64,000 nt of DNA from Candidatus Binatia bacterium (GTDB taxonomy: Bacteria; Desulfobacterota; Binatia; UBA9968; JAJDTQ01): assembly GCA_963666515.2 (NCBI GenBank), contig OY762897.2, positions 1,088,001 to 1,152,000 of the forward strand, written 5' to 3'. The notes under the pieces were generated by a model, which worked only from the letters and a program-made list of their open reading frames with translations, searched no databases and was not told the DNA's origin. The translations under genes and the position numbers were made by a program. Below, piece after piece: positions 36,590 to 46,566 of this stretch; the stretch's first letter is position 1; every line of letters starts with the position of its first letter.

Positions 36590-37638
36590 AACGGGTGCCG
36601 AAGGCCGGCATCGGTGGGCGCGGGAGCAGCCGGAACCCCCATAACCGCTTCGAGCCCCTCGCCTTCGTCCCGGACGGCGCTCCCGTGGGGCCGGCCACCC
36701 GTTTCCTCAAGGATACCTCCCGGTCCATCATCGCCTACAATGACAGCCCCGACGTGGGCTTCGAGGCCAGCGTCAATCCGTACCGGGGCTGCGAGCACGG
36801 CTGCATCTACTGCTACGCCCGGCCCACCCACGAATACCTGGGCTTCTCCGCGGGCCTGGACTTCGAGTCCCGGATCCTGGTGAAGGAGGAAGCGCCGGAG
36901 CTTCTGAGAAAGGAGCTGGCGTCGCCCCGGTGGAAGCCGCAGGTGATCGCGCTGTGCGGCGTGACCGATCCCTATCAGCCCGTGGAACGGCGCCTGGAAC
37001 TGACGCGGGATTGCCTGAAGGTGCTGGCGGCATTTCGCAATCCGGTAGCTATCGTCACCAAGAACCACCTGGTGACGCGGGACGTGGACATCCTGAAGGA
37101 GTTGGCCGACCGGGACGCGGCCGTAGTGTTCATCTCGGTCACCACGCTGGACGGCGACCTGTGCGGCCGCATGGAGCCGCGGACCTCCCAGCCTCATCTG
37201 CGCCTCGACGCCATCCGCGCCCTGAGCGAGGCCGGCATACCCGTGGGGGTCCTGGTGGCGCCGGTGATCCCGGCGCTGACCGACCACGAGATGCCGGCGA
37301 TCCTGGCCGCCGCGGCCGAAGCGGGCGCGGGATGCGCCGGCTACGTGCTCATGCGGCTGCCGTTCGCCGTCAAGGAGCTGTTCGAGACATGGCTGGAGGA
37401 GCACTTCCCCGACCGCAAGGAGAAGGTGCTGAACCGCATCCGGGAGATCCGCGGCGGCAGGCTCAACGACCCCGGTTTCGGGACGCGGATGAAGGGGGAG
37501 GGGATCTTCGCCGAGCAGGTGGAGGCGATGTTTCGCGCCACCTGCCGGAAGCTCGGTCTGACGCGCAGAAGCTGGAGTCTTTCGACCGCTTCATTCCGCG
37601 CCGACCGCGATCAGCTTTCCCTGTTCGGGGACGCGTAG
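36586..37638 (+). CDS. Radical SAM protein (PA0069 / spore-photoproduct-lyase-like family)
   Basis: NDSPDVGF, NPYRGCEHGCIYCYARPTH (CxxxCxxC), TDPYQPVE. GTG start at 36586. Confidence 0.92.
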   Translation: MKRVPKAGIGGRGSSRNPHNRFEPLAFVPDGAPVGPATRFLKDTSRSIIAYNDSPDVGFEASVNPYRGCEHGCIYCYARPTHEYLGFSAGLDFESRILVKEEAPELLRKELASPRWKPQVIALCGVTDPYQPVERRLELTRDCLKVLAAFRNPVAIVTKNHLVTRDVDILKELADRDAAVVFISVTTLDGDLCGRMEPRTSQPHLRLDAIRALSEAGIPVGVLVAPVIPALTDHEMPAILAAAAEAGAGCAGYVLMRLPFAVKELFETWLEEHFPDRKEKVLNRIREIRGGRLNDPGFGTRMKGEGIFAEQVEAMFRATCRKLGLTRRSWSLSTASFRADRDQLSLFGDA

Positions 37639-37708
37639 GGCCACCGCGGGTCGCCCCTACTGGGTTCATCGCTGGGTATGTGTAGGGGCGACCCGCGGTC
37701 GCCCCTGC
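37635..37708. repeat. GTAG-type REP doublet
   Basis: 37635-37660 and 37682-37708 are near-identical palindromes (GTAGGGGCGACCCGCGGTCGCCC) in inverted orientation between convergent genes. Confidence 0.8.
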
Positions 37709-37716
37709 GATACTCC

Positions 37717-38481
37717 TCACGGCATCAACTCGCCGCCGTTCACTCCCACCACCTGCCCGGTCATGTAGCTGCTGGCAGGGCTCAGCAGGAAGACGGCCAG
37801 GTCGGCCACCTCGCTCGGCTCGCCCAGCCGCCCCATGGGGACGATCTTCGAACGGTCCGACTTGCGCTTCTCCAGCGCTTCGCCGGTGAGGCCGCGGCGC
37901 CACATGGGCGTGTCGATGGGTCCCGGCGCCAACGCGTTGATGCGGATGCCGTGCCCGGCCACCTCGCGGGCCACCGCCTTGGTGAGGGCCGCGATGCCGG
38001 CCTTGGCCGCGGAGTAGTGGGACGCCCATTCCTGGCCCTTGAGACCGTGCATGGAGGACAGGCTCGCGATGACGCCGAAGCCGGCTTCCATCATCAACGG
38101 CAGGGCCGCGCGTATGCAGTAGAAGGTTCCGTTCAGGTGCACGTCTATCATGCGCGCCCAGTCCGCGTCGCTGATTTCGTGCACGGGCTTCTGCTGGGAT
38201 ATCCCGGCTACGTTCATGAGGTAGGCGAGGCTGCCGAACTCGGCGCGGGTCCTGGCGATAGCGTCGTTCACCTGGTCCGAGCGGGTGACATCCAACTCCA
38301 GGGGCAGGGCGGCGCCTCCGTTGGCGCTGATGCGCGCGGCGGTCCCCTGGGCCTTGGCCGCGTCCACGTCGGCCACGGCCACCTTGACTCCCGCCTCGCC
38401 CAGCTTGAGCGCGATGGCCTGGCCGATGCCGCTGCCGCCGCCGGTTACGAATGCGCTGTCACGTTCCATGTCCCACTGCAT
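37717..38481 (-). CDS. Short-chain dehydrogenase/reductase
   Basis: TGGGSGIG, NVAG, YSAAK, INALAPG. Confidence 0.93.
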   Translation of the reverse strand: MQWDMERDSAFVTGGGSGIGQAIALKLGEAGVKVAVADVDAAKAQGTAARISANGGAALPLELDVTRSDQVNDAIARTRAEFGSLAYLMNVAGISQQKPVHEISDADWARMIDVHLNGTFYCIRAALPLMMEAGFGVIASLSSMHGLKGQEWASHYSAAKAGIAALTKAVAREVAGHGIRINALAPGPIDTPMWRRGLTGEALEKRKSDRSKIVPMGRLGEPSEVADLAVFLLSPASSYMTGQVVGVNGGELMP

Positions 38482-38595
38482 GAGGGCCTCCGGTTTTCAT
38501 ATGGTTGAGGCGAGGACAGTAGCAGCCGCCCATCGGGCCGGTCAAACAATCAGACGGACGGGCCGCCTGCCTGTCGCGACCCGCTGCCTCCCGTC

Positions 38596-38624
38596 CTGGA
38601 TCCCGGGTCAAGCCCGGGATGACG
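38596..38624. repeat. GTCATTCC-type REP-like palindrome (reverse copy)
   Basis: CTGGATCCCGGGTCAAGCCCGGGATGACG matches the reverse complement of 26400-26428 with 2 differences. Confidence 0.8.
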
Positions 38625-38699
38625 AAGAGGGGGTTCCTGTCGCGCCTCCCGGACCGATCTGGTAAACATCACGTCACCCAACGCAACGGGAGGTTCTCC

Positions 38700-39638
38700 G
38701 TGGAGTATCGTCAGCTTGGAACGTCCGGGGTCCGTGTTTCCGCCATCGGCCTCGGCACCAACCGGTTCGGCTCGGCGGCGTTGCCGCAGGACGGCGTGAC
38801 CGCCATCATCGACGCGGCCGTGGACCTCGGCATCAATTTCATCGACACGTCCAACAGCTACCAGGAAGGCCGCTCCGAGGAAACGCTGGGGAACGCATTG
38901 AAGGGACGGCGGGACCGTTTCGTGGTGGCCACCAAGTTCTTCTTTCCCACGGGTGACGGCGCCAACGACCGGGGCACGTCGCGCTACCATCTCATGAACG
39001 CGGTGGAGGGAAGTCTCCGGCGGCTGCAAAGCGATCACATCGACCTCTACTACATCCACCGGTGGGACGACGCCACTCCCATCCAGGAGACCCTGCGGGC
39101 GCTGGACGACCTCATCCGGCAGGGCAAGGTCCGCTACATCGGCGGCTCCGACTTTGCCTCGTGGCAACTGGCCCACGCCAACGTCCTGGCCGAGTTCCGC
39201 GGCTGGACCGCGTTCGCCGTGATGCAGTCCCACTACCACATGCTGGAAAGAGACGTGGAGCGCGAGATGCTGCCCTATTGCCGCGCCCACGGCGTTGGCT
39301 TCGTCCCCTATTTCCCGCTGGCCGGCGGGTTCCTCACCGGCAAGTACGTCAGGGGCGAGAAACCGCCGCCCGGGTCCCGCGGCGAGAGCGCTCCGTACGT
39401 GCAGAAGTACATGACCGACGCCAACTACGACGTGGTGGAGCGCCTGACGGCATGGGCCGCGGCGCGGGGACGGGGGCTGAACGAGCTTGCGCAATGCTGG
39501 CTGCTGGCGCAGCCGCGGGTCTGTTCGGTCATTTCGGGCGCGACCCGGCTTTCGCAGGTCCAGGACAATGCCGGGGCGGCGGAATGGGAGATGACGCCGT
39601 CGGAGTTGACGGAGGTCGGCGAGATGCTGGGCGTGTGA
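38700..39638 (+). CDS. Aldo/keto reductase
   Basis: YRQLGTSG, IDTSNSY, ATKF, IDLYYIH, GKVRYIG, YFPLAGGFLTGKY. Confidence 0.93.
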   Translation: MEYRQLGTSGVRVSAIGLGTNRFGSAALPQDGVTAIIDAAVDLGINFIDTSNSYQEGRSEETLGNALKGRRDRFVVATKFFFPTGDGANDRGTSRYHLMNAVEGSLRRLQSDHIDLYYIHRWDDATPIQETLRALDDLIRQGKVRYIGGSDFASWQLAHANVLAEFRGWTAFAVMQSHYHMLERDVEREMLPYCRAHGVGFVPYFPLAGGFLTGKYVRGEKPPPGSRGESAPYVQKYMTDANYDVVERLTAWAAARGRGLNELAQCWLLAQPRVCSVISGATRLSQVQDNAGAAEWEMTPSELTEVGEMLGV

Positions 39639-39666
39639 CGCCGCGGTCGCGAAGAGGTTGGGCGGG

Positions 39667-40146
39667 TCAGTGCAGGACCCGTACGAAGGGCTTGATCTCG
39701 ATGATGTCCACGCCGCCGGCGTCCTCGGCCGCGGTTTCCCGCTTCCGTCTGTGCGAGGACTCGTTCAGCAGCAGCACCACCATGCGCCACAGTTCCTGTT
39801 TCTCCACCGGCAGGTGCAGGAACAGGTCGGCGCCGACAGCCAGACCCCTGCGATGGTCCGATATGAGATGACCCGAGAGCATCAGGATGATGGGGGTGTG
39901 CTGGTGGGCGTCCAGACGTCGGAGGGCTCGACAGAGGTCGAACCCGTTCAACGGTCCCTTGAGAAAACCGTTCACGAGGAACAGGTTCACTTCTCGCGCG
40001 GTGGTCTCGGACAATGCCTCTCGACCCTCCGCGGCCCTGAGCACCTCGATGGCAGGCGAGAGTTCCTTCAGATGTCCTGACAGCGTCTCGGTGTGGCTCC
40101 TGTAGCTTTCCGCGATCAGTATCCTGGGTTGTACGCTCTGTGCCAT
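39667..40146 (-). CDS. Atypical single-domain response regulator (pseudo-receiver)
   Basis: Receiver fold (NGFDLCRALR, TPIILMLS, GLAVGADLFL), but the acidic pocket, phospho-Asp and Lys positions are substituted. Start is uncertain. Confidence 0.65.
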   Translation of the reverse strand: MAQSVQPRILIAESYRSHTETLSGHLKELSPAIEVLRAAEGREALSETTAREVNLFLVNGFLKGPLNGFDLCRALRRLDAHQHTPIILMLSGHLISDHRRGLAVGADLFLHLPVEKQELWRMVVLLLNESSHRRKRETAAEDAGGVDIIEIKPFVRVLH

Positions 40147-40313
40147 AACGCTTCCGTCACTAGCAAGTTTCATCGCCGCCGAGCCGGGGACGTGCCCCGT
40201 TTTCGAGCCCGGCTCAAGCCCTGCAAGGCTTTCTCCTCCCAAGGAGAAGAGCAAAGACCGCATTCAATAATGCCGATCAAGCGGAGTCAAGACCTGCCGG
40301 CGAAAAAATTTCG

Positions 40314-41126
40314 TCAGTCGACGCGCGCCAGGAAGCGCCGGACGGCGGCGTGTGCGGCCTCCGGATTGGCGAAGAAGTAGCTGTGCCGTTCGCCCGGCAG
40401 CACTACCAGTTCCGCGCCCGGTATGCCGTTTTCGAGGATCCCCGATGAGGTGCGATGGTTCATGTCGCTGGTGACGTTGCGGTCGTCCTCGCCGACGAGT
40501 ATCAGGGCAGGGACGCGGATCTCGCCCAGCCGGCCACTGGTGTCGTGTCCCTGCCGGGCCAGCAGGTGGCGGAAATAGAACTCCACCGGCCCCATGTTGG
40601 CCATGCGCACGCGCAGGTAGTTCTCAACCCGGTCGGGGTGTCGCGCCGCGAACTCGTCGGTGAAGCCCACCAGGATGGAGTGGTCGCGGACGTACTTCTC
40701 GTAGCCCCACTCCACCATCTCCGTGGCGATCTTGAGGGGGATGCCCTTGGTGTCGGGAAACGAGGCTCCCGTGGATGCCAGGACCAGGGCCTTGATCCGC
40801 GAGGGATGGTCCAGGGCCATGAGCTGAGCCACGCGGCCGCCCATGGAGTGGCCGCAGACGACGGCCTCGGGCGCGTCCAGATGGTCGAGCAGCGTCATGG
40901 CGTCGTCGGCGAACATCTGCGTGGTGTAGGGGATCGCCGGCTTGCCCGACCGGCCGGTGCCCCGGTAGTCCATGATGATGACCCGGTGGTCCCGGGAGAA
41001 CTCCGGCACCTGGTGGATCTTCCAGACCTCGCCGTCACAGTGGGTCTCGCTGAGGAACAGGAACGGGTCTCCCTGGCCGTGGACCTCGTAGTACAGTTCG
41101 GTGTCGTTGACCTTGAGCAGGGGCAT
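40314..41126 (-). CDS. Alpha/beta-fold hydrolase
   Basis: LYYEVHGQG, DYRGTGRS, GHSMGG, LVGEDD, catalytic His region ERHS. Confidence 0.9.
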   Translation of the reverse strand: MPLLKVNDTELYYEVHGQGDPFLFLSETHCDGEVWKIHQVPEFSRDHRVIIMDYRGTGRSGKPAIPYTTQMFADDAMTLLDHLDAPEAVVCGHSMGGRVAQLMALDHPSRIKALVLASTGASFPDTKGIPLKIATEMVEWGYEKYVRDHSILVGFTDEFAARHPDRVENYLRVRMANMGPVEFYFRHLLARQGHDTSGRLGEIRVPALILVGEDDRNVTSDMNHRTSSGILENGIPGAELVVLPGERHSYFFANPEAAHAAVRRFLARVD

Positions 41127-41163
41127 GGAACCTCCGGGGGATGTCGGGTGCGGATGGCGGGCG

Positions 41164-42345
41164 CTAGTCGAAGTACCCGGTCTCCAGCGCCCACAGCCAA
41201 GCGTAGGCGATCTTCTCGTTGTAGAGCGCCCAGTGGCCCATGTGGGTGTACTTGGGCACCAGCCCCACGTGTATGTCCGACCCGGCCGCGGCGTACTTCC
41301 CCGCCATGAACATCTCGCGCTTGTCGCCCAGGCTCTCGCCGCCGATCCAGTGGCCGTGGTCGTTCTCGCCCACCATCAGCAGGACCTTGAGGCCGGCGAG
41401 CCATTCCGCGGGCGGGTCCTGCAGGTGGTCGAAGTACTCCTCCCGGGGCAGCCCGGTCACCCGGACGTATTCTTCCAGCCTTTCGGGGAAGACGTTGTGC
41501 TGGTTGTCCCGCAGTCCGATCTTGATCTGAGGCCGGGTCTTTTCGGTGAGTCGGAAGAAGTCCTCCATGCGGCCCCACGGCGTCAGCTCCGGCAGGTCCT
41601 CGTAGTGGGACCTCCGGTACGCCTCCACCGTGCGCCGGGAGATCTGCGTGAGCCCGTAGGGCTTGGGCGACTCCATCCCGGTGGCTTCCCGCCATTCCCT
41701 GCGCCAGCCGTCCGGCCCGCCGCTGCCCCAGCCGACGATGCCGATGACTTCCGCCTCCCGGGTGAAGCGGGTGATGTGGGCCGCCATGGGTCCGCCGGTG
41801 GAATGGCCGAAGGAGATCAGCCGCCGCCCTCGCAGCAGCCGGTCGGTGAGTTGCCCGGCGCCCTGGAGGATGACGTTGAAGGTGCACTTGAGCAGCCGGT
41901 CCTGAAGCTCCTCCTCGCCGGTCTCCACGTCGAGCAAGTAGACGGGCACGCGCTCCGCGATGGGCTTGTCCCATTCTCCGCCCGGCGGCCACAGCCCCGG
42001 GTAGCTCAGCGTCAGCACCGTGAAGCCCTGCGCGGCCAGCCGTCGGGCCAGTCCGGGGCGGCCGTCGGGGGTCACGTCCATGACCTTCTCGTTGGCGCCG
42101 CCGCCGTGGAACACGACGAAGGCCGGCCGGTCGTCCCGTTCCGTCGCGGGAGTGTAGAGGGAGCCGTGCATGTCCCACTCGTAGCCGTTGCGCCGGTAGC
42201 GCTCCACCACCTCGGTGACGGAGTAAGCGCCGTCGTCATGGGGCGGCGGCATGGCGAGCCAGTCGTCCCAACCGATGGGCACGAGGGTCTGGTCACCATC
42301 GAGGCCCCGGGTGAAGGCCCGGGTTCCGGCGGGTGCTTCGGGCAT
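41164..42345 (-). CDS. Divergent alpha/beta hydrolase-fold protein
   Basis: FHGGG, LAAQGFTVL, GHSTGG, MVGEND, THMGH. Confidence 0.65.
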   Translation of the reverse strand: MPEAPAGTRAFTRGLDGDQTLVPIGWDDWLAMPPPHDDGAYSVTEVVERYRRNGYEWDMHGSLYTPATERDDRPAFVVFHGGGANEKVMDVTPDGRPGLARRLAAQGFTVLTLSYPGLWPPGGEWDKPIAERVPVYLLDVETGEEELQDRLLKCTFNVILQGAGQLTDRLLRGRRLISFGHSTGGPMAAHITRFTREAEVIGIVGWGSGGPDGWRREWREATGMESPKPYGLTQISRRTVEAYRRSHYEDLPELTPWGRMEDFFRLTEKTRPQIKIGLRDNQHNVFPERLEEYVRVTGLPREEYFDHLQDPPAEWLAGLKVLLMVGENDHGHWIGGESLGDKREMFMAGKYAAAGSDIHVGLVPKYTHMGHWALYNEKIAYAWLWALETGYFD

Positions 42346-42507
42346 GTTATTCTCCTGTGACGCAATGGGGGTCCGCGCGGGCCCGTGGGGCCACGCCGGT
42401 CAGGCTGCGATATAGCGGTTACCGCAACGGAAGACAACGAACGTGGCGGCCTGCAACGTCCGGATTCCCGATCTGGACGGTACAGGCCACCTGAGGCGGA
42501 ATGCATC

Positions 42508-43380
42508 ATGGAGATGGGTCTTTCCCTGTTTTCGACGGAGCAGTCGGGTCCCGTAGGCGATATCGCCAGGGAGGCGGAGCGGCTGGGCTTCGAGTCCCTG
42601 TGGTTCCCGGAGCACATGCTGATCCCGGTGCACTACCAATCCCGCTACAAGCGCAGGGCGGACGGCAAGGTGCCCGAGTCCTTCGCGCACCTGCCGGATC
42701 CCTTCATCGCTGCGGCGATGGCGGCCCAGGCCACCGAGCGCCTGCGGGTGGCCACCGGCATCTGCATCCTGCCGCAGCGCGACATCATCGCCACCGCCAA
42801 GGCCGCGGCCACCCTGGACCTTCACAGCGGCGGCCGTTTCATCATGGGGGTGGGCGCCGGGTGGTTCCCGGAGGAGGCGGAGATCCTGGGAGTTCCGTTC
42901 AAACGCCGCTGGAAGATGCTGCGCGAGGGGGTCGAGGCCATGAAGCTGCTGTGGAGCGAGGACGAGGCCTCCTATGAGGGCGAGTTCGTCCACTTCCCGC
43001 CCGTTCGGGTCTTCCCCAAGCCGGTGCAGCAGCCCTACCCGCCGATCTATCTGGGCATACACGACCCCAAGTATGCCCCGGCGCGCGTGGCCCGCTACGC
43101 TGACGGCTGGTGTCCGGGCGACCTCGCGCCGGACGCCGCCGCCGATGCCGTGGCGAGCGTGCGGCGGGCGGCGCAGCAACAAGGGCGCGACCCCGACGAG
43201 ATAGAGTTTTCGGCGCTGCTGACTCCGAACGCGGGTTTTCCCGCCCTCGACGACATGGCACGGTACCGCGCCGCCGGTATGCGCCGCATCATCCTGCGGG
43301 TGACCGTCCTCCCCACCGAAAGCGGGATCGAGGCGGTCCGGCGGCTCGAACCGTTTCTCCGGCAGGCCGAACGCCTGTAG
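42508..43380 (+). CDS. LLM-class (luciferase-like, possibly F420-dependent) oxidoreductase
   Basis: AERLGFESLWFPEH, DPFIA, ATLDLHSGGR, GVGAGW, PKPVQQP, YADGW. Confidence 0.9.
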   Translation: MEMGLSLFSTEQSGPVGDIAREAERLGFESLWFPEHMLIPVHYQSRYKRRADGKVPESFAHLPDPFIAAAMAAQATERLRVATGICILPQRDIIATAKAAATLDLHSGGRFIMGVGAGWFPEEAEILGVPFKRRWKMLREGVEAMKLLWSEDEASYEGEFVHFPPVRVFPKPVQQPYPPIYLGIHDPKYAPARVARYADGWCPGDLAPDAAADAVASVRRAAQQQGRDPDEIEFSALLTPNAGFPALDDMARYRAAGMRRIILRVTVLPTESGIEAVRRLEPFLRQAERL

Positions 43381-43406
43381 AGCTCAAGAAGAGTTAGCGG
43401 CGGCCC

Positions 43407-44228
43407 TTACCCGGACAGGCCGGTAACCGCCAGCACCGCGACCCCGAGACCCCAGCAATAGCAGGCGAACCACGTGAGCCGCCGCGACAGCAGCACCTTC
43501 AGCAGCACGCCGATGCTGAGGTAGCCGGTGGCGAAGGCGGCGAGAAAGGCCAGCCCGTAGCCGGCAATGTTCACCTCCCGCGCTCCGTCGAGGCCGTGGG
43601 TCGCCAACTGGAGCACGAATGCACCGAAGATGGCGGGTATGGAAAGCAGGAAGGAGTAGCGCAGGGCAAGCTCGCGTCCAATCCCCGAGAAGACCCCGGC
43701 GGCGACGGTGGCCCCCGATCGGGAGATGCCGGGGACGATGGCCAAGCCCTGGACGATGCCTATGAGGATGGCATGGGTTCCGCGCATTCGCTCAATCGCG
43801 CTGGTCCGTTCCCTCGCACGGTCGGTGGCGAAGAGCAGCGCCCCAGTGACCAGCAGCATGCCCGCCGCGGTGGAGACGCTGGAGAACAGGCTTTCGAGCG
43901 TGTCCCTGAAGAGCAGGCCGATCAGCGCCGTGGGAACGGTGCCGAGGGCCACGAGCCAGAGAAGACGGGCGGTGGCCGGGTCGGCCTTTCGAGGCATGAT
44001 CGCGGCGCGGGCGAGAGCCGCGACGTCGTGCCGGAAAAACAGAAGAACGGCGCCCATAGTCGCCAGATGCACGGTCACATGGAACAGCACGCCCGGCTCG
44101 TGGAACCCCGGGAGCAGGGCCTGGAGGATCACCAAGTGGCCGGAACTGCTGACCGGGAGGAACTCGGTGAGCCCCTGCAGAATTCCGAGCGCGGTGAGGG
44201 TCAGGGTGGGAGTCACGCCTGCCTGCAT
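43407..44228 (-). CDS. uppP: Undecaprenyl-diphosphate phosphatase (BacA/UppP)
   Basis: GILQGLTEFLPVSSSGHL, PGISRSGAT, YSFLLSIP. Start approximate. Confidence 0.93.
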   Translation of the reverse strand: MQAGVTPTLTLTALGILQGLTEFLPVSSSGHLVILQALLPGFHEPGVLFHVTVHLATMGAVLLFFRHDVAALARAAIMPRKADPATARLLWLVALGTVPTALIGLLFRDTLESLFSSVSTAAGMLLVTGALLFATDRARERTSAIERMRGTHAILIGIVQGLAIVPGISRSGATVAAGVFSGIGRELALRYSFLLSIPAIFGAFVLQLATHGLDGAREVNIAGYGLAFLAAFATGYLSIGVLLKVLLSRRLTWFACYCWGLGVAVLAVTGLSG

Positions 44229-44364
44229 GACAGGTCCGGGTGAGAAGGTCCAGCGGTGCGGGCCTCGACCGTTTGTCTGACGTTGCATTCTGTCGCCCGG
44301 TTGACCTTCTCCGCGAACAGGTTCCACAATGGGTGTGTTCGAAACCTCGCGACGAGAAAGTATC

Positions 44365-45444
44365 ATGGCGGCATTCGACGGCAGGCTCAGCCTCCAGTTC
44401 GTCACCCATCTGGCGAACCACTACACGGTCAACCGGTTCGTGGAGCTGGCCGCGCTGGCCCATGAACGGGGGTTCCAACGGATATGGCTTAACGACAACG
44501 CGCGCTACCGGAGCCAGGTGGTGGTGCTCTCGGCCATCGCTGCGCGCGTCCCCATCGGAATCGGCACGGCCGTCCTGGTGCCCTATTTCCACCATCCCAT
44601 CGAGGTGGTGGACTCGCTGGCGGCCCTTTCCGAGCTGAGCGAAGGGCGTGAGGTGGGCTTCGGACTGGCGCGCGGCTCCCTCACCCAGACGCCGCAGCAC
44701 GTCATCATGCACAAGCCCCTCGCGCTGGTGCGGGAACTGGCCCTGTTCGTTTCCCGGGCGCTGGCCGGGGAGCGCGTGGCCTACCGGGATTTCCCGGTGC
44801 TGTGCGAGCACTACCACTTCAATCCGGAGGGCGCGTTCGAACTGGCGTTCACGCCCAAGTCCCCGGTGGTGGTCTATTCGGGCGGCAACGGCCCCCGGTC
44901 GCTGCGCATGGGCGGCGAGGTCATGGACGGCCTCATCAGCTCGGGGACGTTCATCCCCATGCTGCGCGCGGGCCGGCTCAAGGGGATGCTCGCCATGGCC
45001 GAGGCCGGCGCCCGCAGCGTCGACCCGAACAAGACCCTGCGCAAGATGGTCGAGTTGAACGTCTCGGTTTCCCGCGACCGGGATGCGGCCCTGGAGTTTC
45101 CCAGGCGCCAAGTGGCGCACTCGATCCCTCAGTGGGAGTCGCTCGGGTTCACCCCGGAGGAGTACGCCCGGCTCGGCGTGGAACGGCGGAAGGTGCTGGA
45201 CCTGAAAGACGCTTTCGCCCAGGGCGCCACCATCGAGGAGGCCGCGGCCCTGGTGGACGAGCGCATGGTCCTGTCCTATTACGTCGCCGGCACCCCGGCC
45301 GAGGTGGCCGACCAGGTCGTGGAACTGGCCGGCCAGGCTCAGGCGCTGGGCTATGACGAGATCGCTTTCGCCAAGCTCGGGCCGGACTACGAGGAAGCCA
45401 TCGAGATGCTGGCGGAAAGCGTGATGCCGCGGCTCACCGGGTAG
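44365..45444 (+). CDS. LLM-class flavin-dependent oxidoreductase (paralog 1)
   Basis: GFQRIWLND, IGTAVLVPY, GFGLARG, GPRSLRMGGEVMDG. Confidence 0.85.
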   Translation: MAAFDGRLSLQFVTHLANHYTVNRFVELAALAHERGFQRIWLNDNARYRSQVVVLSAIAARVPIGIGTAVLVPYFHHPIEVVDSLAALSELSEGREVGFGLARGSLTQTPQHVIMHKPLALVRELALFVSRALAGERVAYRDFPVLCEHYHFNPEGAFELAFTPKSPVVVYSGGNGPRSLRMGGEVMDGLISSGTFIPMLRAGRLKGMLAMAEAGARSVDPNKTLRKMVELNVSVSRDRDAALEFPRRQVAHSIPQWESLGFTPEEYARLGVERRKVLDLKDAFAQGATIEEAAALVDERMVLSYYVAGTPAEVADQVVELAGQAQALGYDEIAFAKLGPDYEEAIEMLAESVMPRLTG

Positions 45445-45483
45445 GCCCGGGGTCCGGTTTCATTACAACGGAGAAACAATCTC

Positions 45484-46563
45484 ATGGCAGCATTCGACGG
45501 CACGCTCGGTCTCCAGTTCGTTATCCACTTGGCGAATCGCTACACGGTGAACCAGCTCGTGGAGCTGGCCGGGTTGGCGCACCGGCGCGGCTTCGAGCGC
45601 GTCTGGGTCAACGACAACGCCCGCTATCGGAGTCAGGTGGTGGTGCTGTCCGCCATCGCGGCGCGGGTGCCCGTCGGCATCGGCACCGCCATCCTGGTGC
45701 CGTATCTGCACCATCCCATCGAGGTGGTGGATTCCCTGGCGGCGCTGTCCGAGTTGAGCGAGGGGAAGGAGGTCGGCTTCGGGCTCGCCCGCGGCGACCT
45801 GGCGCAGACGCCGCAACACGTCGAGGTGCGCAAACCCATCGCGCTGGTGCGGCAGTTGGCCGTGTTCGCACGACGCGCGCTCGCTGGCGAGCGTGTCTCC
45901 TATGGCGATTTCCCCGTGCTCTGCGAATACTACCACCTGAACCCGGCCGGCAGCTTCCAGTTGGCCTTCGAGCCGAGGTCTCCCGTGGTGATGTATTCCG
46001 GCGGCAACGGCCCCCAGTCCCTGCGCATGGGAGGCCAAGTGATGGACGGGCTCATCAGCTCCGGCACCTTCATCCCCATGCTCCGGGCGGGCCGCCTGAA
46101 GGAAATGCACGAGATGATCGAGGCGGGCGCCCGCAGCGTCGATCCGAACAAGAGACTGCGCAAGATGGTGGAGTTGAACGTGTCGGTGTCGCGGGACCGT
46201 GACGCCGCCATCGAGTTCCCCAAGCGCCAGGTGTCCCATTCGATCCTGCAATGGGAAGCGCTCAAGTTCACGCCCGAGGAATATGACCGCCTCGGTGTGG
46301 AGCGGGATAAGGTTCTTCAGCTCAAGCAGGCGTTCGCCCGCGGCGCCACCGTCGAGGAAGCGGCGGAGATGGTGACCGAGGAGATGGTGTTGAACTACTA
46401 CGTCGCCGGGCGTCCGGAGGAGGTGGCGGACCAGATCGTCGATCTGGCGGTGCAGGCCCAGGAGATGGGCTACGACGAGATCGCGTTCGCCAAGCTCGGC
46501 CCCGATTACGAGGAGGCCATCAACATGCTGGCGGACAGCGTGGTGCCTCGGTTGAGGGGGTAG
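45484..46563 (+). CDS. LLM-class flavin-dependent oxidoreductase (paralog 2)
   Basis: Same length and colinear with the preceding gene, with long identical peptide blocks. Confidence 0.85.
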   Translation: MAAFDGTLGLQFVIHLANRYTVNQLVELAGLAHRRGFERVWVNDNARYRSQVVVLSAIAARVPVGIGTAILVPYLHHPIEVVDSLAALSELSEGKEVGFGLARGDLAQTPQHVEVRKPIALVRQLAVFARRALAGERVSYGDFPVLCEYYHLNPAGSFQLAFEPRSPVVMYSGGNGPQSLRMGGQVMDGLISSGTFIPMLRAGRLKEMHEMIEAGARSVDPNKRLRKMVELNVSVSRDRDAAIEFPKRQVSHSILQWEALKFTPEEYDRLGVERDKVLQLKQAFARGATVEEAAEMVTEEMVLNYYVAGRPEEVADQIVDLAVQAQEMGYDEIAFAKLGPDYEEAINMLADSVVPRLRG

Positions 46564-46566
46564 GGG

